Of a stretch of 64,000 nucleotides of DNA, positions 1 to 15,385 are shown piece after piece. The DNA comes from the human T2T-CHM13v2.0 reference genome, Homo sapiens. Each line of letters starts with the position of its first letter. Within the stretch, counting starts at the first letter, position 1. The position numbers were made by a program, and so were the translations under genes. Location: NCBI RefSeq assembly GCF_009914755.1, contig NC_060939.1. One strand, written 5' to 3'. The notes under the pieces were generated by a model. The model made no database searches. It saw only the letters and a list, made by a program, of their open reading frames with translations, and was not told the DNA's origin.

Positions 1-3000
1 TTATTTTCTCTGATCTGTCTGGAAACTGTTCTTGTAGATTCTGCAAAGGGATATTTGTGAGTACTTTGAGGCCTATGGTGAAAAAGGAAATATCTTCACA
101 TAAAAATTAGAGAGAGGTTTTCTGAGAAACCTCTTTGTGATGTGGGCACTCATCTCACAAAGTTGAAACTTACTTTTGATTGAGCAGTATGGAAACCATC
201 TGTTTGTGGAATCTGCAAAGGGATATTTATGAGAGCTTTGAGGCCAATTGTGAAAAAGGAAATATATTTATATAAAAGGTATAAAGAAGGTTTCTTAGAA
301 ACAGCTTTGTGGTGTGTGCATTGATCTCAGAGAGGTAAACGTTTATTTTCTATGATCAGTCTGGAAACTGTTCTTGTAGAATCTGCAAAGGGATATTTGT
401 GAGTGCTTTGAGGCCTATGATGAAAAAGGAAATATCTTCACATAAAAACTAGACAGAAGTTTTCTTAGTGGCTTCTTTGTGATGTGTGCAATCATCTCAC
501 AGATTTGAACCATTCTTTTGATTGAGCAGTCTGGAAACAGTCTTTTTGTAGAATCTGCAAGGGATATTTGTCACGACTTGGAGTGCTATGGTGAAAAAGG
601 AAATATCTTCACATAAAAAATGGACAGAAGATATCTGAGAAACCTCTTTGGGATGTGTGCATCCATCTCACAGAGTTCAACCATTTATTTGATTGAGAAG
701 TTGGGAAGCAGTCTTTTTGCAGAATCTACAAAGGGATATTGCTGAGCAATTTGATGCCTGAGTTGAAAAAGGAAATACTTCACATAAAAACTATAAAGAA
801 GGTTTCTGAGAAACTTTTTTGTGATGTATGCATTCATCTTACAGAGTTGAACTATTCTTTTGATTGAGTACTTTGGAAACAATCTTTTTGTAGAATCTGC
901 AAAGGGATATTTTTGAGTGCTTTGAGTCCTAGGGAGAAAAAAGAAACATCATCACATAAAAAGTATAAAGAAAGTTTCTGAGAAAAAGTTTTATGATGTG
1001 TGTATTCATCTCACAGACAAAAACGTTTGTTTTGTTTGATCAGTCTGGAAATTCTGTTCTTGTAGAATCTGCTAAGGGATATTTGTGAGCAGATGGAGGC
1101 CTATGGTGAAAAAGGAAATGACTTCATATAAAAATTAGACAGAAGCCTCCTGCAAAACTTCTTAGTGATGTGTGCATTCATCTCACAGAGTAGAAACTTT
1201 TTTTTCATTGAGCCGTTTGGAAACAGTCTTTTTGTAGACTCTGCAAATGGAAATTTGAGCACTTTGAGGCCTATGGTGAAAAATGAAATAGATTCACATA
1301 AAAACCAGACTGAAACTTTCTGAGAAGCTTCTTTGAGATGTGTGCATTCATCTCACAAAGTTCAATAATTCTTTATATTGAGTAGTTTGGAACAATCTTT
1401 TTGTAGAATCTGCAAAGAGATATTTGTGAGGGCTTTGAGGCCTATGGTGAAAAAGGAAATATCTTCACAGAGAAGCTATAAAGAAGGTTTCTGATAAACT
1501 TCTTTGTGATGTGTGCATTCATCTCACACAGTTCAAACTTTCTTTTGATTGAGCAGTTTGGGAACAGTCTTTTTAAATATTCTTCAAGTGGATACTTGTG
1601 AGCACCTTGAGGCTCATGGGGAAAAAGGAAACATTCACATAAAAACTTAATAGAAGCTTTCTGAGAAACCACTTTTTGACGTGTGCATTCATCTCACAGA
1701 GTTGAATCTTTCTTTGAATGAGCAGTGTGGAAACAATCTTTTTGTAGAATCTGCAAAGGGACAATTTTGAGCACTTTGCATCCTGTGGTGGAAAAGGAGA
1801 TACCTTCACATAAAAACTAGACAGAATGTTTCTCAGAAACTGCTTTGAGATATGTGCATTCATCTCCCAGATGTGTCTGTTTCTTTTCATTGAGAAGATT
1901 GGAAACTCTTTTCTTGTAAGATCTGCAAAGGGATATTTGTGAGCCCTTTGAGGTGTATGGTGAAAAAGGAAATATCTTCACATGAAAACTACACAGAAGC
2001 TTTCTGAGAAACATTCTGGTGATGTGAGAATTCACCTCACAGAGTTGAAACATTCTTTTGATTGAGCAATGTGTAAAGAGTCTTTTCATAGAATCTGCAA
2101 AGGGATATTTGTGAATGCTTTGAGGCTTATGGTGAAAAAGGAAATATCTTCACATAAAAACTAGAGAGAAGCTTTCTGAGAAATCTCTTTGTGGTGTGCA
2201 TACATCTCACAGAGTTGAACCTTTCTTTTGATTGAGCAATTTGGAAGAAGTATTTTTGTAGAATCTGTAAAGGGATATTTGTGAGCATTTTGAGGCCTAT
2301 GGTGAAAAACTAGAAAGAAGTATTCTGAGAAACTGCTTCATGATGTGTGCATTCATCACACAGAGTTGAACCTTTGTTTTGATTGAGCCATTTGGAAACA
2401 GTCTTTTTGTAGACTCTGCAAATGGATATTTGGAGCACTTTGAGGCCTATCGTGAAAAAGGAAATATATTCACATAAAAACTAGACTGAAGGATTCTGAG
2501 AAACTTCTTTGAGCTGTGTGCATTCATCTGACAGTGTTCAATAACTCTTTTTAATGAGCGGTTTGGAAACAGTTTTTTGGTAGAATCTGCAAAGGGATAT
2601 TTGTGAGGGCTTTGAGGCCTATGTTGAAAAAGGAAATATCTTCACAGAAAAACCATAAAGAAAGTTTCTGAGAAACTTCTTTGTAAGTGTGCATTCATCA
2701 CACAGAGTTGAAACATTCTTTGGATTGAGCAGTTTGCAAACAGTCTTTTTGTAGAATCTGCAGAGGGATATCTGTAGCGCTTTGAGGCCTATGGTGAATA
2801 AGGAAATATCTTCACATAAAAACTAGACAAAGTTTTCTGAGAAAATTTTGTGATGTGTGCATTTATCTCATAGAGTTTAACATTTGTTTTGATTGAGCAG
2901 TTTGGAAACAGTCTTTTTGTAGAATCTGAAAAGGGATATTTAGGAGCAAGTTGAGGCCTATGGTGGAAAAGGAAATATCTTCACATAAAACCTAGAAAGA

Positions 3001-3590
3001 AGCATTCTGAGAAGCTGCTTTAAGATATGTGTATTCATCTCACAGAAGTAAACATTTCTTTTCATTGAGCAGTTTGTAAACTCTGTTATTCTAGAGTCTG
3101 CCAAGGTACATTTTTGAGTGCTTTGAGACCCATCTTGAAAAGGGAACTATCTTCACATAAAAACTAGTGAGAAGCTTGCTGAGAAACTACTTTCTGATGT
3201 GTGCATTCATCTAACAGAGTTGAAACTTTCTTTTGATTGAACACTTTGGAAACAGTCTTTTTGTAGATTCTGCAAAGGTATATTTGGGAGTGCATTGAGG
3301 CCTATGTTCAACAAGGAAATATCTTCACATAAAACTGAGAAGGAAATTTTCTGAGAAACTTCTTTGTGATGTGCACGTTCGTCTCACAGGGTTGAACCAT
3401 TCTGTTTATTGTGCAGTTTGGAAACAGTCTTTTTGTAGAATCTGCAAAGGGATATCTGCGAGCGCATTGAGGCATATGGTGAAAAAGGAAATATCTTCAC
3501 ATTAAAAGTAGAAAGAAGTTTTCTGAGTAACTCCTTTGTGACATGTGCATTTATCAAAGAGAAGTAAAAATTTCTTCCCATTGAGCAGTT
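1..3590 (+). repeat. Alpha satellite (ALR), divergent monomeric, A-box type; layer 1
   Basis: ~171-bp periodic motif ttctgagaaacttctttgtgatgtgtgcattcatctcacagagttgaa...gaatctgcaaagggatatttgtgag...ggcctatggtgaaaaaggaaatatcttcacataaaaactag. No CENP-B box seen; neighbouring monomers clearly divergent. Confidence 0.97.
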
Positions 3591-5772
3591 AGTTTTTATG
3601 TGAAGATATTTCCGTTTTCACCATAGACCTCAAACTGCCTACATATATCCCTTTGCAGATTCTACAAAAAGACTGTTTCCAAACTGCTCAATCAAAGAAA
3701 GCTTCCACTCTGCGAGATGAATGCACACATCACACAGAAGTTTCTCAAAAAGTTTCTGTCTAGTTTCTATTTGTTGATACTCCCTTTTTCACTATAGGCC
3801 TCAAACTGCTCATGAATAACCCTTTGCAGATTCTACAAAAAGACTGTTTACAAACTACTCAATCAAAAGAAAGCTTCAATTCTGTGAGGTGATTGCACAC
3901 GTCACAAAGAAGTTTCTCAGAAAGCTTCTGTCTAGTTTTTATTTGAAGATGTTTCCTTTTTCAATATAGGCCTCAAAGTGCTCACAAATGTCCCTTTACA
4001 GATTTTACAAAAAGACTGTTACCAAACTGCTCAACTGAAACAAAGCTTCAACTCTTTGAGATGAATGCACACATCACAAAGAAGTTTCTCAGAAAGCTTC
4101 CATCCAGTTTTTATGTGAAGATATTTCCTTTTTCACCATAAGTCTCAAAGCATTCAAATTATCACTTTGCAGATTCTGCAAAAAGACATTTTCTAACCTG
4201 CTCTATCTAAAGAAAGGTTTAACTCTGTGAGAAGAATGCACACATCAAAAATAAGTTTCTCAGAATGCTTCTGTCTAGTTTTTATCTGAAGACATTACCT
4301 TTTTCACCATAGACCAAAAAGGGATCCCAAATATCCCTTTGTACATTCTACAAAGGACTGTTTCAAAACTGCTCAACCCAAAGACAGGTTCAAATTTTGG
4401 GATGAATGTACACATCACAATGAAGTTTCTCAGAAAGCTTCTGTCTCGTTTTTGTGTGAAGATATTTCTTTTTTCACCATAGGCTTCAAAGGGCTCACAA
4501 ATATCGCAAAGCAGATTCTACAAAAAGACTCTATCCAAACTGGTCAAGGAAACGAACACTTCAAATCTGTGAGATGAATGTGCACATCTCAAAGAATTTT
4601 CTCAGAAAGCTTCTGTCTAGTTTTTATGTGAAGATATTTCCATTTTCACCATAGACCTGAAACCGCCTATATATAACCCTTTGCAGATTCTACAAAAACA
4701 CTGTTTCCAAACTGCTCAATCAAAGAAAGCTTCTACTCTGTGAGATGAATGCACACATCACAGAGAAGTTTCTCAGAAAGTTTCTGTCTAGTTTTTGTCG
4801 ATACTCCCTTTTTCACCATAGGCCTCAAACCGCTCATGAATAACCCTTTGCAGATTCTACAAAAGGACTATTTCCAAACTGCTCAATCAAATGAAAGTTC
4901 AGCAGTGTGAGTTTCTCAGAACGTTTCTGTCTAGTTTTTATGTGAAGATACTTCTTTTTCACCATAAGCCTCAAAGCGTTCCCAAATTTTCCTTTGCAGA
5001 TTCTATGAAAAGACTGTTTCCAAACTGCTCAATCAAAAGAAAGGTTCAATTCTGTGTGATGAATGCACACATCACAACGAAGTTTTTCAGAAGGCTTCTG
5101 TCTAGATTTTATTTGGGATATTTCCTTTTTCACAGTAGGCCTCAGAAAGCTCACAAATATCCCTTTGCATGTTCTACAAAAAGACAGTTTCCAATCTGCT
5201 CATTGAAAGAAAATTCAACTCTGTGAGATGAATGCATGCATCACAAAGTGGTTTCTCAGAATGCTTCTGTCTAGTTTTTATATGAAGATATTTCGTTTTT
5301 CATCGCATGCCTCAAACCACTCAAAAACATCCCTTTGCAGATTCTCCAAAAAGACTGTTTCCAATCTGCTCAATCAAAAGAAAGATTCAAGTCTTTGAGA
5401 TGCATAAACTCATCACAAAGAAGTTTCCCAGAAAACGTGAGTCTAGTTTTCATGTGAAGATATTTCCTTTTTCACCATAAGCCTCAAAGCATTCACAAAT
5501 ATCACTTTGCAGGATCTATGAAAAGACTGTTTCCAAACTGGTCAATCAAAGGAAGTTTCAACCCTGTGAGGTGAATGCACACATCACAAAGAAGTTCTTC
5601 AGAAAGCTGCTGTCTACATTTTATTTTTCAATATTTCCTTTTTCACCATTGGATTCAAACCACTGAAACATATCACTGTGCAGATTCTACAAAAAGACTG
5701 TTTCCAAACTGCCCAATCAAAAGAAAGATTCAACTCTGTGAGATGAATGCACACATCACAAAGAAGTTTCAC

Positions 5773-5775
<3 letters not shown>
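3591..5775 (-). repeat. Alpha satellite, layer 1, inverted orientation
   Basis: Reverse-complement monomers (agtttttatgtgaagatatttcctttttcaccataggcctcaaa...atccctttgcagattctac) begin abruptly at 3591. Confidence 0.97.
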
Positions 5776-7350
<1,575 letters not shown>

Positions 7351-10300
7351 GAAAGTACACATCACAAAGAAGTTTCTCAGAAAGTTTCTTTCTAGTTTTT
7401 ATGTGAAGATATTTCCTTTTTCACCATTGTCCACAAAGTGCACCAAATATCTTTTGCAGATTGTACAAAAAGAGTTTTTCCAAACTGCTCAATCAAAAGA
7501 AAGTTTCAACTCTGTGAGATGAAAGCACAAATCACAAAGAAGTTACTCAGAATGCTTCCATCTAGTTTTTAAGTGAAGGTATTTCCTGTTACACCATAGG
7601 CCTCAAAGGGCTCACAAATATCCTTTTGCAGATTCTACAAAAAGACTGTTACAGAACTGCTCAATGAAAAGTAAGTTTCAACTCTGTGAGATGAATTCAC
7701 ACCTAAAAAAGTAGTATATCAGAATGCTTCTGTCTAGTTTATATGTGAAGATATTTCTTTGTCACCATAGACCTCAAACCGCTCAGAAATATCCCTATGC
7801 AGATGTTACAAAATGACTGTTTCCAGAATGCTCAATGAAAAGAAAGATTCTACTCTGTGAGATGAAAACACATATCACAAAGAATTTTCTCAGAAAGTTT
7901 TTTTCTAGCTTATATGTGAAGATATTTCCTCTTTCACCATAGGCCTCAATGGGCTCAAAAATATCTCTTTTCAGATACTACAAAAGGCCTCTTTCCAAAC
8001 TGCTCAATCAAAAGAAAGTTTCAACTCTGTGAGATGAAAGCACACATCACAAATAAGTTTCTCAGAATGTTTGTCTAGTTTTTATGTGAAGATATTTCCT
8101 GTTTCACCATAGGTCATAAAGGTCTCACAAATATCCCTTTGCAGACTCTACAAAAAGACAGTTTCCAAACAGCTCAATCCAAAACAAAGGTTCAACTATA
8201 TGAGATGAATGGACACATCACAAGGAAGTTTCTCAGAAAGCTTCTGCCTAGTTTTTATGTGAAGATATGTCTTTTTCACCATAGGCCTCAAATGGCTAAG
8301 AAATATCCCTTTGCAGATTGTACAAAAAGACTGTTTCCAAATTGCTCAATCAAAAGACAGGTTCAACTCTGTGAGATGAATGCGCATATCATAAAGAAGT
8401 TTCTCAGAAAGCTTCTGTCTAGTTTTTATGTGAAGATATTTCCTTTTTCACCATAGGCCTTAAACGGCTCCCAAATATCCCTCTGCAGATACTACAAAAA
8501 GACTGCTGGAAAACTGTTCAATCAAAGGAAACCTTCATCTCTGTGAAATGAATGCACACATCACAAAGAAGTTTCTCAGAATGCTTCTGTCTAGTTTTGT
8601 GTGAAGATATTTCCTTTTTCACAACAGGCATCAAAGTGCTCCAAATATCCATTTGCAGATTCTACAAAAAGTCTATTTCCAAACAGCTACATGAAAAGAA
8701 AGGTTCAACACTGTGAGATAAATGCACACATGAAAAAGAAGTTTCTCAGAATGCTTCTGTCTAGTTTTTATCTGACATATTTATTTTTCACCATAGGCCT
8801 CAAACCGTTCAGAAATATCCCTTTGCATATTGTACAAAAAGACTGTTTCCAAACTGTCAAATGCAAGGAAAGTTTCAACTCTGTGAGATGAATACAAACA
8901 TCACAAAGAAGTTTCTCAGAAAGTTTCTGTCTAGTTTTTATGTGAAGATAATTCCTTCTTCACAATAGGCCTCAAAGTGCTCCAAATACCCATTTGCAGA
9001 TTCCACAAAAAGACTGTTTCCAAAACGACTCAATCACAAAAAAAGGTTCAACTTTGTGAGATGAATGTGCACATCATAAAGAAGTTTCTCAGAATGCTTC
9101 TGTCTAGTTTTTATGTGAATATATTTCCTTTTTCACCATAGGCCTTAAACGGCTCCCAAATATCCCTCTGCAGATACTACAAAAAGGCTGCTTAAAAACT
9201 GTTCAATCAAAGGAAACCTTCATCTTTGTGAGATGAAACCACACATCACAAAGAAGTTCCTCATAATGCTTCTGTCTGGTTTTTATGTGAAGATATTTCA
9301 TATTTCACCATAGGCCTCAAAGAGCTCACAAATATCCCTTTGCAGACTCTACAAAAGGACTGTTTTCAAACTGCTCCATGCAAAGAAAGGTTCAACTCTG
9401 TGAGACGAATGCACACATAAAAAAGAAGTTTCTCACAATGCTTCTGTCTAGTTTTTATGTGAAGATATTCCTTTTTCACCATAGGCACCAAACCGTTCAG
9501 AAATATCCCTTTGTAGATGTACAAAAAGACTGTTTCCAAACTGCTCAATCAAAAGAAATTTTCAAACCTGTGAGATGAAAGCACACATCACAAGGAAGTT
9601 TCTCAGAATGCTTCTGTCTAGTTTTTATGTGAAGATATTTCCTTTTTCACCATAGGGCTTAAACGGCTCCCAAATATGCCTTTGCAGATTGTAGATAAAG
9701 ACTGTTTCCTAACTGCTCAATCAAAAGAACAGTTCAACTCTGTGAGATGAAACCACACATCACAAAGAAGTTTCTCAGAAATCTTCTGTCTAGTTTTTAT
9801 GTGAAGATATTTCCCTTCTAACGATAGGCCTCAAAGCAATCCAATTATCGATTTGCAGATTCTACAAAATACTGTTTCCAAACTGCTTAATCAAAAGAAA
9901 TTTTCAACTCTGTGAGATGAAAGCACACATCACAAAGAAGTTCTTCAGAAAGTTTCTCACTAGATTTTATGTGAAGATATTTAGTTTTTCACCACAAGCC
10001 ACAAAGTGCTCCAAATATCCATTTGCAGATACTTCAAAAAGAGTTTTTCCAAACTGCTCAATCAAAAGAAAGTTTCAACTCTGTGAGATGAATGCAAACT
10101 CACAAAGAAGTTTCTCAGAATGCTTCTGTCTAGTTTTCCTGTGAAGATATTTCCCATTTCACCATGGGCCTCAGTGGGCTCACATATATCCTTTTCCAAA
10201 TTCTATAAAAAGACTGTTTCTGAATTTTTCAATGGAAAGAAAGATTCAACTCTGGGAGATGAATGCACACATGAATAAGAAGTTTCTCAGAATGTCTCTG

Positions 10301-13300
10301 TCTAGTTTTTGTGTTAAGATATTTGTTTTTCACCATAGGCCTCAAACAGCTCAGAAATATCCCTTTGCAGATTGTACAAAAAGATGGTTTCCAAACTGCT
10401 CAATGAAAACAAAGGTTCAACACTGTGACATGAATACTCCCATCACAGAGAAGTTTTTCAGAAAGCTTCTGTTTAGTTTTTAAGTGAAAATATTTCCTTT
10501 TTCACCATAGGCCTCAAAGCAATCCAAATATCCTATTGCAAACTCTACAAAAAGAGAGTTTCCAAACTGTTCAATTAAAAGAAAGATTCAAATCTGTGAG
10601 AAGAAAGCACACATCATGAAGAAGTTTCTCATAATGCTTCTGTCTACTTTTTTTGTAAAGATATTTCCTATATCACCATAGGCCTCAAAGGTCTCAAAAA
10701 TATCCCTTTGCAGACTCTACAAAAAGACAGTTTTAGAACTGCTAAATGAAAAGAAAGGTTCAACTCTGTGAGACGAAAGCACACATAATAAATTAGTTTA
10801 TCATAATGCTTCTGTCTAGTTTTTATGTGAAGATATTTCTTTTTCACCATAGGCATCAAACCGTTCAGAAATATCCCTTTGTAGATTGTACAAAAAGACT
10901 GTTTCCAAACTGCTCAATCAAAAGAAAGGTTCAAACCGGTGAGATGAATGCACACATAAGAGAGGAGTTTCTCAGAAATCTTCTGTCTTGTTTTTATGTG
11001 AAGATATTACCTTTCTCAACATAGGCCTCAAAGCAATCGAAACATCCATTTGCAGATTCTACAAACAGACTGTTTCCAAACTGATCAATCAAAACAAATT
11101 TTTACCTCTCTGACATGAAAGCACACATCACAAAAATGTTACTCAAACAGCTTCTCTCTAGTATGTATGTGAAGATACTTCCTATTTCACCTGAGGCCAT
11201 AAAGGGCTCACAAATATCCCTTTGAAGGTTTTACAAAAAGACTGTTTCCAAACTGCTCAATCAAAAAGCCTCTTTCCAACCTGCTCAATCTAAAGAAAGT
11301 TTCAACTCTGTGAGATGAATGCACACATCACAAGGAAGTTTCTCAGAAAACTTCTGTTTAGTTTTTATGTGAAGATATTTAGTTTTCCACCATGGGCCTC
11401 AAAAGCTCTCCAAATATCCATTTGCAGATTTTATAAAAAGAGTGTTTCCAAACTCCTCAATCAAAAGAAAGTTTTAATTCTGTGAGATGAAAGCACACAT
11501 CACAAAGAAGTTTCTTGGAAAGCTTCTGTCTAGTTTTTATGTGAAGATACTTCACATTGCACCATAGTACTCAACGCGCTCAGAAATATCCCTTTGCAGA
11601 TTCTACAAAAGGACTGTTTCAAAACTGCTCAATCCAAAGAAAGTTTCAACTATGTGAGATGAATGCACACATCACAAAGAAGTTCCTCAGAATGCTTCTG
11701 TCTAGTTTATATGTGAAGAAAATTCCTATTTCACCATAGGCAATAAAGGGCTCACAAATATTTTTGGCAGATTCTACAAAAATACTATATCCAAACTGTT
11801 AAATAAAAAGAAAGTTTCAACTCTGTTAGATTAATGGACACATCAAAAAGTAGTTTCTCAGAAAACTTCTGTTTAGTTTTTACATGAAGATATTTCCTTT
11901 GTCACCATTGGCCTCAAAGCACTCCTAATATCCATTTACAGATTTCACAAAAAGAGTGTTTCCAAACTGCTCAATCAAAAGAGAGTTTTAACTCTGTGAG
12001 ATGAAAGCACACATCTCAAAGAAGTTCCTCAGAAAGCTTTGGTCTAGTTTTCATGTGAAGCTATTTCCAGTTTCACGATAGGCCTCAAAGGACTAAGAAA
12101 TATCCTTTTCCAGATTCTAAAAGATGACCATTTCCATACTGCTCAATCAAAAGAAAGGTTAAATTCTGTGAGGTGAATGCACACATCAGAATGAAGTTTC
12201 TCAGAATTCTCCTGTCTAGTTTTTATGTGAAGATATTTACTATTTCACTATAGGCTTCAAATGTCTCAAAAATATCCCTTTGCAGGTTCTACAAAAATAT
12301 GGTTTCCAAAGTGCTGAATTAAAAGAAACCTTCAACTCTGTCAGATGAATGGAGACATCACAAAGAAGTTCCTCAGAATGCTTCTGTCTAGTTTAAATGT
12401 GAAGATATTTCTTTTTCACCATAGACCTCAAATGGCTCAGAAATATACCTTTGCAGAATGCAGAAAAAGACTGTTTCTAAACTGCTCAAACGAAATAGTT
12501 TCAACACTGTGAGATGAATGTGCACATCACAAAGAAGTTTCTCAGAAAGCTTCTGTCTAGTTTTTATGTGAAGATATTTCCTTTTTCACCATAGGCCTTA
12601 AACCACTCACAAATATCCTTCTGCTGATACTGTAAAAAGACTGTTTCCAAACTGCTCCATCAAAAGAAAAGTTCAAGTCTCTGAGATCAATGCACACATC
12701 ACAAAGAAGTTTCTCAGAAATCTTCTGTCTAGTTTTTATGTGAAGATATTTCCCTTCTAACGATAGGCCTCAAAGCGCTCCAATTATCAATTTGCAGATT
12801 CTACAAAATACTGTTTCCAAACTGCTCAATCAAAAGAAATTTTCAACTCTGTGAGACGAAAGCACACATCACAAAGAAGTTTCTCAGAAATCTTCTGACT
12901 AGTTTTTATGTGAAGATATTTCCTATTTCACCATAGGCCTCAATGGGCTCACAAATATCCCTTTGCTGATTTTACAAAAGGACTGTTTTGAAGCTGCTCA
13001 ATCAGAAGAAAGGTTAAACTCTGTGAGATGAATGCATACATCCCAAAGAAGTTTCTCAGAATGCTTCTTTCTAGTTTTCAGGTGAAGATATTTCTTTTTT
13101 CACCATAGGCCTCAAAGCACTCCAAATATCCATTTGCATATTCTACAAAAAGGCTGTTTCCAAACTCCTCAATCAAAAGAGAGGTTCAACTCTGTTTAAT
13201 GAAAGCACACTTCATGAAGAAGTTTCTCAGAATGCCTCTGTCTAGTTTTTATGTGAAGATATTTCCTATTTCACCTTAGGCCATAAAGGGCTCACAAATA

Positions 13301-14217
13301 TCCCTCTGCAGATTCTAGAAAAGAACTCTTTTCAAACTGCTAAATAAAAAGAAAGGTTCAACTCTGTGAGATGAATGCATACATTGCAAAGAAGTTTTCT
13401 GAAAGCTTCTGTCCACTTTTTATGTGAAGATATTTCCCTTTTCACCATACCTATCAAAGCGCTCAAAATGTCCCTTTGCAAATTCTCTGAAAAGACTGTT
13501 TCCAAACTTCTCAATCAAAAGAGTGGTTCATCTCTGTGAGATGAATGCACGTATCACAAAGAAGTTTCTCTGAAATCTTCAGTGTAGTTTTTATGTGAGG
13601 ATATTTCCTTTTTCACCATAGATCTCAAGCCACTCACAAATATCCCTTTGCAGATTTTACAAGAACAGAGTTTCCAGACTCATCAAAGAATAGAAACTTT
13701 TTTCTCTCTGAGATGAGTGCACACCTTGCAAAACAGCTTCTCAGAAACATTCTTTATAGTTTTTATTGAAGAGATTTCCTTTTTCACCATAGGTCTCATA
13801 GAGCTGACAAATATCACTTTGCAGATTCTACAAAAAGTCTGTTTACAAACTGCTCAATCAAAAGAATGCTTCAACTCTGCGAGATGAATGCCCACATCAC
13901 AAAGAGGTTTCTCCAAAATCTTCTGTCTAGTTTTTACATGAAGATATTTCCTTTCTCACCATAGGCCTCAAAGGGCTCACAAATATCCCTTTGCAGATTC
14001 TACAAATTGACAGTTTTCAAACTGTTCAGTCAAAAGACTGTTTCAACTCTGTGAGATGAATGCACACATGACAGGGAGGTTTCTCAGAGAACTTCTGTCT
14101 ATTTATTATGTGAAGGTATTTCCTTTTTCACCAAAGGCCTCAAAGTGCTCACAAATATCTCCTTGCAGGTTCTACAATAACAGAGTATCCAAACTGATTA
14201 ATCAAAAGAATGCTTCA
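7351..14217 (-). repeat. Alpha satellite, layer 1, inverted orientation
   Basis: Continuous ~171-bp monomers with ctcacaaatatccctttgcag and tttttcaccataggcc signatures. Confidence 0.97.
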
Positions 14218-15385
14218 CATAAAATCTCTAGAAAAAAACCTAGGCAATACCATTCAGGACATAGGCATGGGCAAGGACTTCATGTCTAAAACACCTAAAG
14301 CAATGGCAACAAAAGCCACAATTGACAAATGGGATCTAATTAAACTAAGGAGCTTCTGCACAGCAAAAGAAACCACCATCAGAGTGAAAAGGAATCCTAC
14401 AGAATGGGAGAATATTTTTGCAACCTACTCATCTGACAAAGGGCTAATATGAGGAATCCACAATGAACCCAGACTAATTTACAGGAAAAAAAACAACCCA
14501 ATCAAAAAGTGGGAGAAGGATATGAACAGACATTTCTCAAAAGAAGACATTTATGCAGCCAATGAACAAATGAAAAAATGCTCATCTTCACTGGCCATCA
14601 GAGAAATGCAAGTCAAAATCACAATGAGATACCATCTCACAACAGTTAGAATGGTGATCATTAAAAAGTCAGGAAAAAACAGGTGCTGGAGAGGATGTGA
14701 GAAATAGGAACACTTTTGCACTGTTGGTGGGACTGTAAACTAGTTCAACCACTGTGGAAGTCGGTATGGTGATTCCTCAGGGATCTAGAACTAGAAATAC
14801 CATTTGACCTAGCCATCCCCTTACTGGGTATATACCCAAAGGATTATAAATCATGCTGCTATAAAGACACATGCACACGTATGTTTATAGTGGCACTATT
14901 CACAGTAGCAAAGACTTGGAACCAATGTAAATGTCCAACAACTATAGACTGAATGAAGAAAATGTGGCACATATACATCATGGAACACTATGTGGCCATA
15001 AAAAATGATGAGTTCATGTCCTTTGTAGGGACATAGATGAAGCTGGAAACCATCATTCTCAGCGAACTATTGCAAGGACAAAAAATCAAACACCACATGT
15101 TCTCACTCATAGTTGGGAATTGATCAAAGAGAACACATGGACACAGAAAGGGAACCATCACACACCACACACCAGGGACTGTAGTCCGGTATGGGGAGGG
15201 GGAGGGATAGACTTAGGAGATATACCTAATGCTAAATGATGAGTTCATGGGTGCAGCACACAAACATGACACATGTATACATACGTAACAAACCTGCACG
15301 TTGTACACGTTCCCTAAAACATAAAGTATAATAATAATAAAAGTAAATAAATAATTTATTAAACCGAGAGCTCCAAAATAAAAAT
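14218..15385 (+). mobile_element. 5'-truncated L1PA4-like element (~1.15 kb) with extended double A-rich tail
   Basis: ORF2 fragments [21 protein letters not shown].. and [14 protein letters not shown]..; 3' UTR with gaagctggaaaccatc and aacaaacctgcacgttgt. TSD aagaatg(c/g)ttca at 14206-14217 and 15386-15397. Confidence 0.93.
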
